From Alphaproteobacteria bacterium (GTDB lineage Bacteria > Pseudomonadota > Alphaproteobacteria > MPNO01): a stretch of DNA of 64,000 nt. Of this stretch, positions 1 to 10,150 are shown piece by piece. The notes below the pieces were generated by a model, which worked only from the letters and a program-made list of their open reading frames with translations, had not been told where the DNA came from and made no database searches. Numbering within the stretch: the stretch's first letter is position 1; each line of letters starts with the position of its first letter. The position numbers were made by a program, and so were the translations under genes. The stretch covers positions 417,899 through 481,898 of the forward strand of contig CBDDOM010000003.1 of NCBI GenBank assembly GCA_965231875.1. Direction: 5' to 3'.

Positions 1-107
1 CGCCGACCATGACGAGGGGGCGGGACCCGCGCTCGTCGCGAAGGGGCGGCGTTGCCGTTGCCGAACCGCATCGGTCTGCCGCCCGTCAAGCAAGGCGGAT
101 CAGTCCC
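1..107. repeat. Right-hand part of a MITE-like element related to the one at 55734-55998 (truncated by window edge)
   Basis: CGCCGACCATGACG at 1-14 and CCGTCAAG at 83-90 have the same 82-nt offset as the same motifs at 55892 and 55974; 83-107 is a diverged 25-nt terminal repeat. Confidence 0.65.
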
Positions 108-391
108 ATAAAAGGCGCAACAGCAGCAATAGGAAGATCGATTCAAGGGAATACTGGCGGCCTGAACTTCAACCGGATTACACCTCAACCGAGCCGCCAG
201 GCTGTCCGAAAAGGTGGCGCCACCTCACTTCGGCCGAAGCTTACGACCGATCCGACAGTGCGGAGAACCGGATAACGATTTCCTATCGTCCCCATCGGAA
301 AATCCGTCTGGTTGCGGCGACGAACCTCCCCACCTGACTCTTCAGCGCATCCTTTCGGGGAGCGCCCTTCGCATTGCAGAGGAGAATCGCA

Positions 392-2788
392 ATGGCCGGA
401 GGGAACGCCAGCCACGCCAGCAGCACCAGGGGGACGGCGATCGCGGTCGTTGCCGCAGCGCTTATCCTGCTGCTCCCGTCATTCGCCTCGGCCGGTCAGT
501 GCAGCCCCTCGAAACGGGTGGACCCCGGGGACGCCGAATGCCTGAGCGCCTCGTGGAGGAACCGGGGGATTTTCAAGAAGAGTACGTACCGGGTCCGGAA
601 CATGTGTGCGGCCTACGGCCGGGTCGCCGCCAAGGTCGACCTCGTGGCGGCGAGGGACCGGACGGCGAACCTCGACGACGGAAGACCGAGACGCGGCTGG
701 GCATGGCGCCAGATCAGATCGATCTCCTGCTGCTCCGACATCGGCATCTGCAACAGGTCCGATGCGGTCACCGACGCGGGGTGCCTTGCGCGGTTCAAGC
801 AGGTTAGCTCGGCGCCGCTGTCCTGCAGGGCCATATCCGCTTCCGCCGCCATTTCCGGCGAGAACTACAGCTGCACCATCACCGCCCGGTGCCATCGCAA
901 TGTTTGGCCTCATCCCATTTACGATACTTCCACGATTACCGTTCCGTTCCTTGCTCTGGGCGACGTGCACAATTGCAATGGCACCCTGAATTCGGGGCCT
1001 TGCAACGACGATCCAATCGATACGACCAGAGTGTCGGTGCGCGACGTGTATGGCTTTGAGGACCGCCGCTCGATCCACACCCTGCACTTCAGGGTGTTCC
1101 TGAGCCGGCGGTTGCGGATCCCGGTGAGGGTCGACTACGCCACCTCGGACATCACAACCACTGCCGGGGCGGACTACCCGGCGACCTCGGGCACGCTGAC
1201 CTTCGCGCCGGGAGAGACGGCAAAGACCATCTCCGTGCCGGTGTTCCAGGACAGCCATGACGAGGACCCGGAGAGGCTGACGCTGACGCTGTCCAACCCG
1301 CAGCCGTGGCGGCGGGTGCGCCTGGCGGACGCGACCGCGACGGGGACGATCATCAACGCCGACCCGATGCCGAAGGCGTGGATCGCGCGCTTCGGGCGCA
1401 CGGTGGCGGATCAGGTGCTGGATGCGGTGGACGCCCGGATGCGGGCCAAGCCGGCGCCCGGCGTCGAGGCGCACGTCGCCGGGCAGCGAATCGGCGCCGG
1501 CCCGGCGTTCGCAGCCGGCCCGCAAGGGGATCCGATGTCCGGCGAGGCCGAAGCGTCCGGTCTTGGGCAGCCGATGAGCGGGCCCGAGCTGCTGCCGGGA
1601 TCGTCCTTCTCTCTGACAGCGGAGACCGGCGGCGACGGCATCGTCTCGATCTGGGGCCGCGGCGCCGCGACGGGCTTCTCCAGCCGCGAGGACGATGTGG
1701 CGGTCGACGGCGACGTGGCGAGCGCCACGCTGGGCGCGGACTGGACGCGCGGGCGCTGGACGACCGGGTTGGTGGTCACGCACAGCCGGGGCGACGGCGG
1801 CTACGGTGGCGCGGGCGATGGCTCCGTGGCCTCGACACTGACCGGGGTGTGGCCCTGGACGCGCTATGCCTTGGGCGAGCGGCTCTCGGTGTGGGGCGTG
1901 GCGGGCTACGGCGGCGGCAGCCTGACGCTGGAGCCGCGCGCAGAGGACGGCACCCGGGCCAGGGCGATCCGGACCGACCTGGATCTCTGGATGGCGGCGG
2001 TCGGGCTGCGCGGCCTGGCGCTCGACGCCGGCGACGACGGCGTCTCTCTGGCGGTGAAGACCGATGCCATGACCGTGCGCACCGCATCGGACGCGGTATC
2101 CGGAGCAGGCGGCAACCTGGCGGCCGCCGAGGCCGAGATCACGCGGCTCAGGCTCGGGCTGGAAGGATCGCGGCCGCTACCGCTTGCCGACGGCTCGACG
2201 CTGACGCCGCGCATGGAGATCGGCCTGCGCCACGACGGAGGCGACGCGGAGACCGGCTTCGGCGCTGAATTCGGCGCTGCCCTCGCCTGGGCCGATCCCG
2301 AGCAAGGTCTGGGCGCGGAGTTGCGCGGGCGCGGATTGTTGACCCACGAGGCGAAGGGTTTTCGCGAACGCGGGCTTGCGGGCTCGCTCTCCTGGGACCC
2401 GGTGGCGGGCGACCGGGGACCGCGGCTGAGCCTGACCCCGACGCTGGGTATCCCGGCGCAAGGCGGCACGCTTGCGGAGCTCGCCGCGAGGGGCCCCGGA
2501 TCGGGATCGGGAGCAGGCGGTGACGAACCGCGGCGGAGGCTGACGGTGCGGTTCGGCTATGGCTTCCCTGCCCTCGGCGACCGGTTCACCTCGACGCCGG
2601 AGATCGCCATCGGCCTGTCGGATGCCGGGCGGGACTACGGCCTGGGGTGGCGGCTGGCGCGCGGCAACGGTGCGCCCGACGGCAACGCGCTGGAACTCTC
2701 CGTCGAGGCGCGGCGGCGCGAGACCGCTGCCCACCGGCACGCTCCGCCGGAGCATGCAGCCGGCCTTCGCGTGATATCGCGGTTCTAG
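392..2788 (+). CDS. Secreted/outer-membrane protein: signal peptide, Cys-rich N-terminal domain, Calx-beta domain, C-terminal autotransporter-like beta-barrel
   Basis: GAGGAG at 379-384 before ATG 392; hydrophobic signal ending ASA; 12 Cys in N-terminal region; Calx-beta motif VRVDYATSD..AGADY...SGTLTFAPGETAKTISVPV..D..DE..E.LTLTLSNP; Gly/aromatic beta-strand C-terminus ending in Phe. Confidence 0.8.
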   Translation: MAGGNASHASSTRGTAIAVVAAALILLLPSFASAGQCSPSKRVDPGDAECLSASWRNRGIFKKSTYRVRNMCAAYGRVAAKVDLVAARDRTANLDDGRPRRGWAWRQIRSISCCSDIGICNRSDAVTDAGCLARFKQVSSAPLSCRAISASAAISGENYSCTITARCHRNVWPHPIYDTSTITVPFLALGDVHNCNGTLNSGPCNDDPIDTTRVSVRDVYGFEDRRSIHTLHFRVFLSRRLRIPVRVDYATSDITTTAGADYPATSGTLTFAPGETAKTISVPVFQDSHDEDPERLTLTLSNPQPWRRVRLADATATGTIINADPMPKAWIARFGRTVADQVLDAVDARMRAKPAPGVEAHVAGQRIGAGPAFAAGPQGDPMSGEAEASGLGQPMSGPELLPGSSFSLTAETGGDGIVSIWGRGAATGFSSREDDVAVDGDVASATLGADWTRGRWTTGLVVTHSRGDGGYGGAGDGSVASTLTGVWPWTRYALGERLSVWGVAGYGGGSLTLEPRAEDGTRARAIRTDLDLWMAAVGLRGLALDAGDDGVSLAVKTDAMTVRTASDAVSGAGGNLAAAEAEITRLRLGLEGSRPLPLADGSTLTPRMEIGLRHDGGDAETGFGAEFGAALAWADPEQGLGAELRGRGLLTHEAKGFRERGLAGSLSWDPVAGDRGPRLSLTPTLGIPAQGGTLAELAARGPGSGSGAGGDEPRRRLTVRFGYGFPALGDRFTSTPEIAIGLSDAGRDYGLGWRLARGNGAPDGNALELSVEARRRETAAHRHAPPEHAAGLRVISRF

Positions 2789-2833
2789 AGTCTGTCCGTC
2801 TTAGATAGAAGCGCTACCGCCTTTGCCCCCCTG

Positions 2834-2863
2834 CGTCATGGTCGGCGAAGGCCGACCATGACG
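2834..2863. repeat. REP-like palindrome (13-bp perfect stem, GAAG loop); possible terminator/RNA stabiliser
   Basis: CGTCATGGTCGGC-GAAG-GCCGACCATGACG; same family as 55810-55906 and 1-14. Confidence 0.8.
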
Positions 2864-3001
2864 GGAGAGAACGGTGGAAGCGCTTCCAACTATCCAGGCA
2901 GTGCCCAAGACCGAGAGCGGCTGCTTGATGCTGGGAGGCCGCGACCGCGGAGATCTTCGGGGACGCGGTCATCTCCGGTCGGCCGGACACGACCCGGGGA
3001 A

Positions 3002-3077
3002 TGGTGCCCAGGGGTAGAATCGAACTACCGACACCATGATTTTCAGTCATGTGCTCTACCAACTGAGCTACCTGGGC
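3002..3077 (-). tRNA. tRNA-Phe (GAA)
   Basis: 76-nt cloverleaf GCCCAGGTAGCTCAGTTGGTAGAGC...CTGAAAA...GTTCGATTC...CTGGGCACCA with GAA anticodon and encoded CCA. Confidence 0.98.
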
Positions 3078-3130
3078 ACCTGAAGAAGCCCGCTTATAGA
3101 GGAGAACGCCGGAGCCTGTCCAGACGGCGC

Positions 3131-3304
3131 TCAGGCGTCGAAATCGTCGTCTTCGAGATCGTCCGGCGGCTCCACCGCGGGCACCGCGTAGACGCCGGAA
3201 AACCACCGGCCGAGATCGATTTCCCGGCAGCGGGACGAGCAGAACGGACGATGTTCGGCCTCGCACGGTTCGCCGCAGATGGGGCAGGGGGCGGAAACTG
3301 GAAT
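3131..3304 (-). CDS. yacG: DNA gyrase inhibitor YacG (start uncertain: ATT at 3304, or frameshifted from GTG at 3327)
   Basis: Manual translation CPICGEPCEAEHRPFCSSRCREIDLGRWFSGVYAVP with acidic tail; canonical position between rng and tRNA-Phe; absent from the ORF track because no ATG/GTG/TTG is in frame. Confidence 0.85.
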   Translation of the reverse strand: MPVSAPCPICGEPCEAEHRPFCSSRCREIDLGRWFSGVYAVPAVEPPDDLEDDDFDA

Positions 3305-3323
3305 TGGCCGGGCTCCTCGGCGG

Positions 3324-4781
3324 TCACTGCTGACCGGCCACGATATCGAATGTTTCGCGTCCGTGGCGGGACGAACGCTCCAGGACGATTCTTCGCCCGA
3401 GAATCGCCGCGAGCTCCGACATCGACGCGGCGGCCGGGCCTTCCAGCATGTCCACCACGTCGCCGGCGGCGGTGACGACGATCGGTCCCGGTTTGGCCTT
3501 GCGCGCTTCCCGCTTCAACGCGCGCATGATGACGAGCGCCGCGGTATGCGGCGAGCTTACCCGTCCGGCGCCGACGCATTGCGCGCACGGCTCGGTAAGC
3601 ATGCTTTCGAGGGACTTGCGTTGCCGCCGGCGCGTGATCTCCACCAGCCCGGCTCCGGTGCGCCCGATCAGGCGCACGTTGCTCCTGTCTCCGGCGAGCG
3701 CGCCGCCGAGTCCGTCGAGCACCCGGTCCCAGTTCGCTTCGTCCTTCATGTGGATGAAGTCGATCAGGATCAGCCCGCCGATATTCCTGAGGCGCAGCTG
3801 TCGCGCCGCCTCTTCCGCCGCTTCCAGGTTGGTTCTGGCCGCGGTCTCTTCGAGGCGCCCGCCGCCGGTGAACCGTCCCGAGTTGACGTCGACCGCGGTC
3901 AGCGCCTCGGTCGCCTCGATCACCAGCTCCCCGCCCGAGGGCAGGGCGACGCGGGGGCGCAGCGCACGATCGATTTCTTCCTCCACCCCGGCAGCGGCGA
4001 AGATATGCTCGGGGCCGGAGTGAAGCCGCAGGCGGTCTTTCAGCTTCGGCATGAACCGCCCGCAATAATCGCGGGCGGCCGCGAACCCGCCCGGCGAGTC
4101 GATGACGATCTCCTCCGTCGCCGCGCTCACCCGGTCGCGAAACAAGCGGAGCAAAGGCGGGGGCTCCTCGTGCAGTAGCGCGGGTGGCGAGGCGACCCTG
4201 CTTCTCTCATCGATTTCCGACCGGAGCCGGCGCAGATAGGCGGCGTCGTCCACGAGCTCGTCGCCGCTGGCGCCTTCCGCGGCGGTACGGACGATGAAGC
4301 CGTCGCCCGGCTCCGCGGTGTCGCCCACCAGGGCCTCAAGCCGGGTGCGCTCCCCGGGGTCCGCGATCTGGCGGGATACCGCGATCCGTTGCTGGGTGGG
4401 TGTGTACACGAGGTGGCGCCCGGCGACGGCGATCCGCCGGCTGACCTGCGCCCCCTTGCGGTCCGAGGCATCCTTGACGACCTGTACCCGGATCGCCTCG
4501 CCCTCCACGACGTGATTGCCGATCCTGTCGTTCGGATCGCGGGACCTGGCATCGCCGGTGCGCGCGCCGTCGAGGCCGAGAAAGCCCGACCGGCCGATGC
4601 CGATATCCACGAACGCGGCATCCATTCCGTCGAGGATGCGTTCGACCCGGCCCAGATAGACGTTCCCGACCAGGCTCTCGTGTCCGCGCCGTTCCAGGAA
4701 AAATTCGGCGACGCGCCCGTCCTTCAGCACCGCGGCGCGTATTTCGCCCGGCATCGCATCGATCAACAGCGACTCACTCAA
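3324..4781 (-). CDS. rng: Ribonuclease G (RNase E/G family)
   Basis: S1 domain GNVYLGRV...AAFVDIG, TEALTAVDVNSG, LRLRNIGGLILIDFIHM, CxxC; TTG start overlapping maf stop. Confidence 0.93.
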   Translation of the reverse strand: MSESLLIDAMPGEIRAAVLKDGRVAEFFLERRGHESLVGNVYLGRVERILDGMDAAFVDIGIGRSGFLGLDGARTGDARSRDPNDRIGNHVVEGEAIRVQVVKDASDRKGAQVSRRIAVAGRHLVYTPTQQRIAVSRQIADPGERTRLEALVGDTAEPGDGFIVRTAAEGASGDELVDDAAYLRRLRSEIDERSRVASPPALLHEEPPPLLRLFRDRVSAATEEIVIDSPGGFAAARDYCGRFMPKLKDRLRLHSGPEHIFAAAGVEEEIDRALRPRVALPSGGELVIEATEALTAVDVNSGRFTGGGRLEETAARTNLEAAEEAARQLRLRNIGGLILIDFIHMKDEANWDRVLDGLGGALAGDRSNVRLIGRTGAGLVEITRRRQRKSLESMLTEPCAQCVGAGRVSSPHTAALVIMRALKREARKAKPGPIVVTAAGDVVDMLEGPAAASMSELAAILGRRIVLERSSRHGRETFDIVAGQQ

Positions 4782-5379
4782 CGCTCCGATCTCCCGGGCG
4801 GCGGAAGCCAAGCCCTTCCAGCAGCGTCACCGTCTCGTACAAGGGCAGGCCGACCACGTTGAAATAGGAACCGCCGAGGAATTTCACAAAGGCGCCCGCC
4901 CGCCCCTGGATTGCATAGCCGCCGGCCTTGTCCCGCCATTCGCCGCCGTCGACGTAACTCTCGATCTCGCGCGACGCGAGTCCCTTGAAGGCGACCGTGG
5001 TGACTGCATCCCTCGAACGCCCGTTTCCTTCGGGGTCGATCGCATGGATGCTGCCGAAGACCCTGTGGCGCCGGCCGGAAAGGAGGACAAGGCAGCCCCG
5101 CGCGGCCTCCGCGGTCGCGGGCTTCGGCAGGATGCGGCGTCCGCAAGCCACCACCGTATCCGCCGCGAGGATCCACGCGCCCGGCCGGCGCTCCGCGACG
5201 GCGCGGGCTTTTTCCGATGCGAGACGCCGGGCGAGAGCGCGCGGCAGTTCACCGGGGAGCGCCGCTTCATCGATGTCCGCTGCCTCCACGAGGTCGGGTT
5301 CGTAACCGGCCTGGCGCAGCAGAGCGAGCCGCCGGGGCGAGGCGGAGGCGAGGATCAGCGTTGCATTCCTATCTGCCAT
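4774..5379 (-). CDS. maf: Maf family nucleoside triphosphate pyrophosphatase
   Basis: LILASASPRR, ILAADTVV, DKAGGYAIQG, GSYFNVVGLP. Confidence 0.95.
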   Translation of the reverse strand: MADRNATLILASASPRRLALLRQAGYEPDLVEAADIDEAALPGELPRALARRLASEKARAVAERRPGAWILAADTVVACGRRILPKPATAEAARGCLVLLSGRRHRVFGSIHAIDPEGNGRSRDAVTTVAFKGLASREIESYVDGGEWRDKAGGYAIQGRAGAFVKFLGGSYFNVVGLPLYETVTLLEGLGFRRPGDRSVE

Positions 5380-5443
5380 TGCCGGCCGTCATGCGGTCTC
5401 GCGGGCGCCCGGTCAAGAAAAATGGCTATTCCCCGCATCTGGG

Positions 5444-5878
5444 TCACGAGCTCGGGTCGTCTTCATCCGAAAGCCGTGCGCGGATGCGTTCGGTCAGGAA
5501 ATCCCTCAGCGCACGGTAGGCCTGCAGGCGCGTGTCCCGGTTGCCTTCGACCAGCGAAGGATCGAGGGTGTTCCAGTATTCCACCTCGGCGGCGGACGTC
5601 CTGGTCAGCTCGATCGACCGGTGATGAGCCTCGGGCGAGAGCGAAACGATCAGGTCGAAGGACGTGTCGAGAAGGTCGTCCATTCGTTTCGGGACGTGCC
5701 GCGAAGCGTCGATCCCCGCCTCCGCCAGTACCTCGACCGCGAAGGGGTCGACTTGCCCTTCGCGTACGCCGACGGAATCGATGTAGATCCGGCTGCCGAA
5801 GTGATGTTTCGCGATTGCTTCGGCCATCGGCGAGCGCAGAGCGTTTTCGCTGCAGGCGAACAGGACGCTGCCGATCAT
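5444..5878 (-). CDS. Low-molecular-weight phosphatase / ArsC-like protein
   Basis: VLFACSENALRSPMAE P-loop (Cx5R); conserved alphaproteobacterial position. Confidence 0.88.
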   Translation of the reverse strand: MIGSVLFACSENALRSPMAEAIAKHHFGSRIYIDSVGVREGQVDPFAVEVLAEAGIDASRHVPKRMDDLLDTSFDLIVSLSPEAHHRSIELTRTSAAEVEYWNTLDPSLVEGNRDTRLQAYRALRDFLTERIRARLSDEDDPSS

Positions 5879-5907
5879 GATCCAGGGACGTCTCGCGGGC
5901 GCATCGG

Positions 5908-6387
5908 TCAGCCCCTTACATGCAGCACGCAAACCAGGGTGAACAGCCGACGCGCGGTGCCGGCGTCGATCTCGACGGAGTCCGCCAGCCTTTCGCGAAG
6001 CAGCTCCGCGCCTTCGTCGTGCAGACCCCGACGGCCCATGTCGATCGCTTCGATGCGTGACAGGCTCGCGGTCTTGATCGCCTCGAAATAGGCCTCGCAC
6101 AGCGTGAAGTAATCCCGGACGATTCCGCGGAATGGGGCGAGCGACAGGCGAATCCGTTCGATCGGCGCGTCTTGGGGATCGCGGACATCGAAGACCAGCC
6201 GGTTCTCTTCGATCCCGATGGCGAGCGAGTAGGGGCCCGGCGGTCCGCCGACGAGGGCGAAGTCGTTCGCTTCCAGAAGGTCGAAGACGGCGACTTCGCG
6301 TTCCCGCTCGACCTCCCGGCTGCGGCGAATCACCGGTCCGTCATCGAGCACGATGTTCTCGAGCCGGCGCGCTCGGTCGGAAGCCAT
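5908..6387 (-). CDS. UPF0262 family protein
   Basis: EREREVAVFDLLEAN, IEAIDMGRRGLHDEG, TARRLFTLVCVLH; synteny after hisD. Confidence 0.9.
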   Translation of the reverse strand: MASDRARRLENIVLDDGPVIRRSREVEREREVAVFDLLEANDFALVGGPPGPYSLAIGIEENRLVFDVRDPQDAPIERIRLSLAPFRGIVRDYFTLCEAYFEAIKTASLSRIEAIDMGRRGLHDEGAELLRERLADSVEIDAGTARRLFTLVCVLHVRG

Positions 6388-6390
6388 GTC

Positions 6391-7698
6391 TCAGCCTTCG
6401 GTGGGCGCGTTCGTCCGGATTGTCAGAGACAGCGCATGGGCATCCAGCCCTTCGGCGCGCGCGAGGCTGACCGCCGCGGGAGCGATCGCCGAAAATGCCG
6501 CTTCGTCGCAGCCGACCAGGGACGTGCGTTTCATGAAGTCCAGCACCCCGAGTCCCGACGCGAAGCGCGCGCTGCCGGCGGTGGGAAGGACATGGTTGGG
6601 ACCGGCCACATAATCTCCGATGGCCTCCGGGGTGTGGCGTCCGAGAAAGATCGCGCCGGCATGGCGGACGCATTCTGCGAGACGGTCGGGATCCTCGACC
6701 GCAAGCTCCAGATGTTCCGGCGCGATGCGGTCGATCAGCGCCGGTGCCTCGTCGAGCGAACCCACGACGATGACGGCCCCGCGATCGTGCCAGCTCGCGC
6801 GGGCGATTTCGGCGCGTGGCAATGTCGAAAGATGATCCTCGGCCGCTGCGACGACCGCGTCGGCAAAGCTCGCGTCGTCGGCGATCAGAATCGCCTGAGC
6901 GACCGTATCGTGTTCGGCCTGGGACAACAGGTCGGCGGCGATCCATGCCGGGTCGTTCCCGGCATCGGCGACGACCAGGATTTCCGACGGGCCCGCGATC
7001 AGGTCGATACCGACCTTTCCGAACACCTGGCGCTTGGCCTCGGCCACCCAGGCGTTTCCCGGCCCGGTGATCTTGTCCACCGGAAGGATGGTCTCGGTGC
7101 CCCAGGCGAAGGCGGCGACGGCCTGTGCCCCGCCCATCCGCCATATCTCCTTCACCCCCGCGATCGACGCCGCCGCGAGCACCAGGGGCGCGACGCTGCC
7201 GCCTGGCGCGGGTACTGCCATGGCGATGCGCTCCACCCCCGCGATCCGAGCCGGAACGGCGTTCATCAGCACCGAGCTCGGGTAAGCCGCCGTACCGCCG
7301 GGGACGTAGAGACCGGCTGCATCGAGGGGTGTCCATCGTGCCCCGAGACGTACGCCGGCCGGATCGACATATGACAGCGGCTCCGGCACCTGGCGGTCAT
7401 GAAAGGCGGCGATGCGCTTCTCCGCCTCTTCGAGCGCGTCGACAAGGGCAGCCGGGCAATCGGCGCGCGCGTTTTCGATTTCATCCGCCGGCACTCGGAG
7501 TGCGCTGACGCTTTCCGCTTCGAAACCGTCGAGCGTCGCGCTGTAACGAAGAAGCGCGCGGTCACCGTTCTCGCGAATATCGGCGACGATGCGCGCCGTC
7601 TCCACCGCAACATCGGATTGCGCCGCGCGGGGGCGGGCCAGCAATTCGTCGAAGGCGTCGGTGAAATCCGTGTGCGCGCTGTCGAGCCTAGCCGGCAT
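6391..7698 (-). CDS. hisD: Histidinol dehydrogenase
   Basis: GLYVPGG, PSSVLMNA, GPGNAWV, AGPSE, SQAEH, APEHLEL, GDYVAGPNHVLPT. Confidence 0.98.
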   Translation of the reverse strand: MPARLDSAHTDFTDAFDELLARPRAAQSDVAVETARIVADIRENGDRALLRYSATLDGFEAESVSALRVPADEIENARADCPAALVDALEEAEKRIAAFHDRQVPEPLSYVDPAGVRLGARWTPLDAAGLYVPGGTAAYPSSVLMNAVPARIAGVERIAMAVPAPGGSVAPLVLAAASIAGVKEIWRMGGAQAVAAFAWGTETILPVDKITGPGNAWVAEAKRQVFGKVGIDLIAGPSEILVVADAGNDPAWIAADLLSQAEHDTVAQAILIADDASFADAVVAAAEDHLSTLPRAEIARASWHDRGAVIVVGSLDEAPALIDRIAPEHLELAVEDPDRLAECVRHAGAIFLGRHTPEAIGDYVAGPNHVLPTAGSARFASGLGVLDFMKRTSLVGCDEAAFSAIAPAAVSLARAEGLDAHALSLTIRTNAPTEG

Positions 7699-8359
7699 CG
7701 AGAGCGTCCCGGAATCGAGCGATCCAATGATTGATTTCTTCCGACCGGGTCTTCAGCGTGGCACGGTTGACCGCAAGTCGGGAGGTAATGTGCGCGATGG
7801 TTTCGACTTCGACGAGGCCGTTGGCCCGAAGCGTCGCACCCGTCGATACGAGGTCCACCACCCGGCGGCACAGGCCGAGGCGCGGCGCGAGCTCCAGCGC
7901 CCCGTTGAGCTTGATGCATTCCGCCTGGACGTTTCGTGCTGCGAAATGGCGTTTCGTGATCGAGGGATATTTGGTGGCCACGCGGACATGGCTCCAGCGT
8001 TCGGGCTTCTCGGTTTCCAGAAGCTCCGCGGTCGCGGCCACCGCCATCCTGCACTTGCCGACGCCCAGATCCAGCGGCGCGTAGATCTCCGGGTAGTCGA
8101 ACTCCATCAGGACATCGTTTCCCGCAATGCCGAAATGGGCGGCGCCGAACGCCACGAATGTCGCGACGTCGAAGCTGCGTACCCGGATGATCGAAAAGTT
8201 CTCGACGTTGGTCGGAAACTGGAGCGCGCGGCTGTCCGTCTCGTCGAACCCGCCTCCGGGGACGATACCGACGCGCGAGAGCAGCGGCATCACCTCGTTC
8301 AGGATCCGGCCGCGCGGGAGCGCCAGCACCAATGCCTTGCTCGTGTCCACGTCAGTCAC
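7688..8359 (-). CDS. hisG: ATP phosphoribosyltransferase, short form (needs HisZ encoded elsewhere)
   Basis: VATKYP, LNGALELAP, VDLVSTGATLRANGL; 223 aa. Confidence 0.96.
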   Translation of the reverse strand: MTDVDTSKALVLALPRGRILNEVMPLLSRVGIVPGGGFDETDSRALQFPTNVENFSIIRVRSFDVATFVAFGAAHFGIAGNDVLMEFDYPEIYAPLDLGVGKCRMAVAATAELLETEKPERWSHVRVATKYPSITKRHFAARNVQAECIKLNGALELAPRLGLCRRVVDLVSTGATLRANGLVEVETIAHITSRLAVNRATLKTRSEEINHWIARFRDALDAG

Positions 8360-8362
8360 GCC

Positions 8363-8793
8363 TCAGCTTTCCGGGTGGTCCGGCTTCAACCGCGTCGGCC
8401 ACCGCAGGTCCAGATCGTCGATCCGGCATGCGACCTCGTCGGCGATCAGCCGGATCGTGCCGCCTCCGGAGAAAACCAGGTCGATATACTCCGCCCCGGA
8501 CCGGATGGCGAGCAGGGACAGCACCCCGGTCAGCCGGGCGGGATCGAGATTGCGCCGCTTGACCGCGCCGATGCGGTCGAACCTGAGCGCGCAGTTGACC
8601 CGTTCGAAAACGGCGTTTCGGGTTTCCTCCCCGCTGTCTCCATCCTCGCGGCAGAATCGGCTCGCGATCAGGACGAAACGGCTTTCCTCCTCGATGAAGG
8701 CGATCTCGTTGACGGGCACAATGGCGTCTTGAAGGACCGAGGAGATCACCTCCAGATCTTCGCCGTCGCGGGCGATGAGTGCGAGCCTCCGGG

Positions 8794-8797
<4 letters not shown>
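8363..8797 (-). CDS. DUF2948 family protein
   Basis: [29 protein letters not shown]; synteny between murA and hisG. Confidence 0.88.
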
Positions 8798-10065
<1,268 letters not shown>

Positions 10066-10150
10066 CGGTTAGCCGTGAGGTACGGAAAGCGGTCGGGGCG
10101 CGGGCGGCGCTTGTATAGCTACCCTCGGGGCTCGATACCAGAACCGGCTA

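Noticed and set aside
108-391. Known riboswitch (glycine or c-di-GMP) in the adhesin leader
   Set aside because: Only fragmentary motif resemblance; conserved cores could not be matched by eye
2790-3077. Integrative element or prophage at tRNA-Phe
   Set aside because: No integrase and no duplicated tRNA 3' end seen in the window; a boundary left of position 1 cannot be excluded
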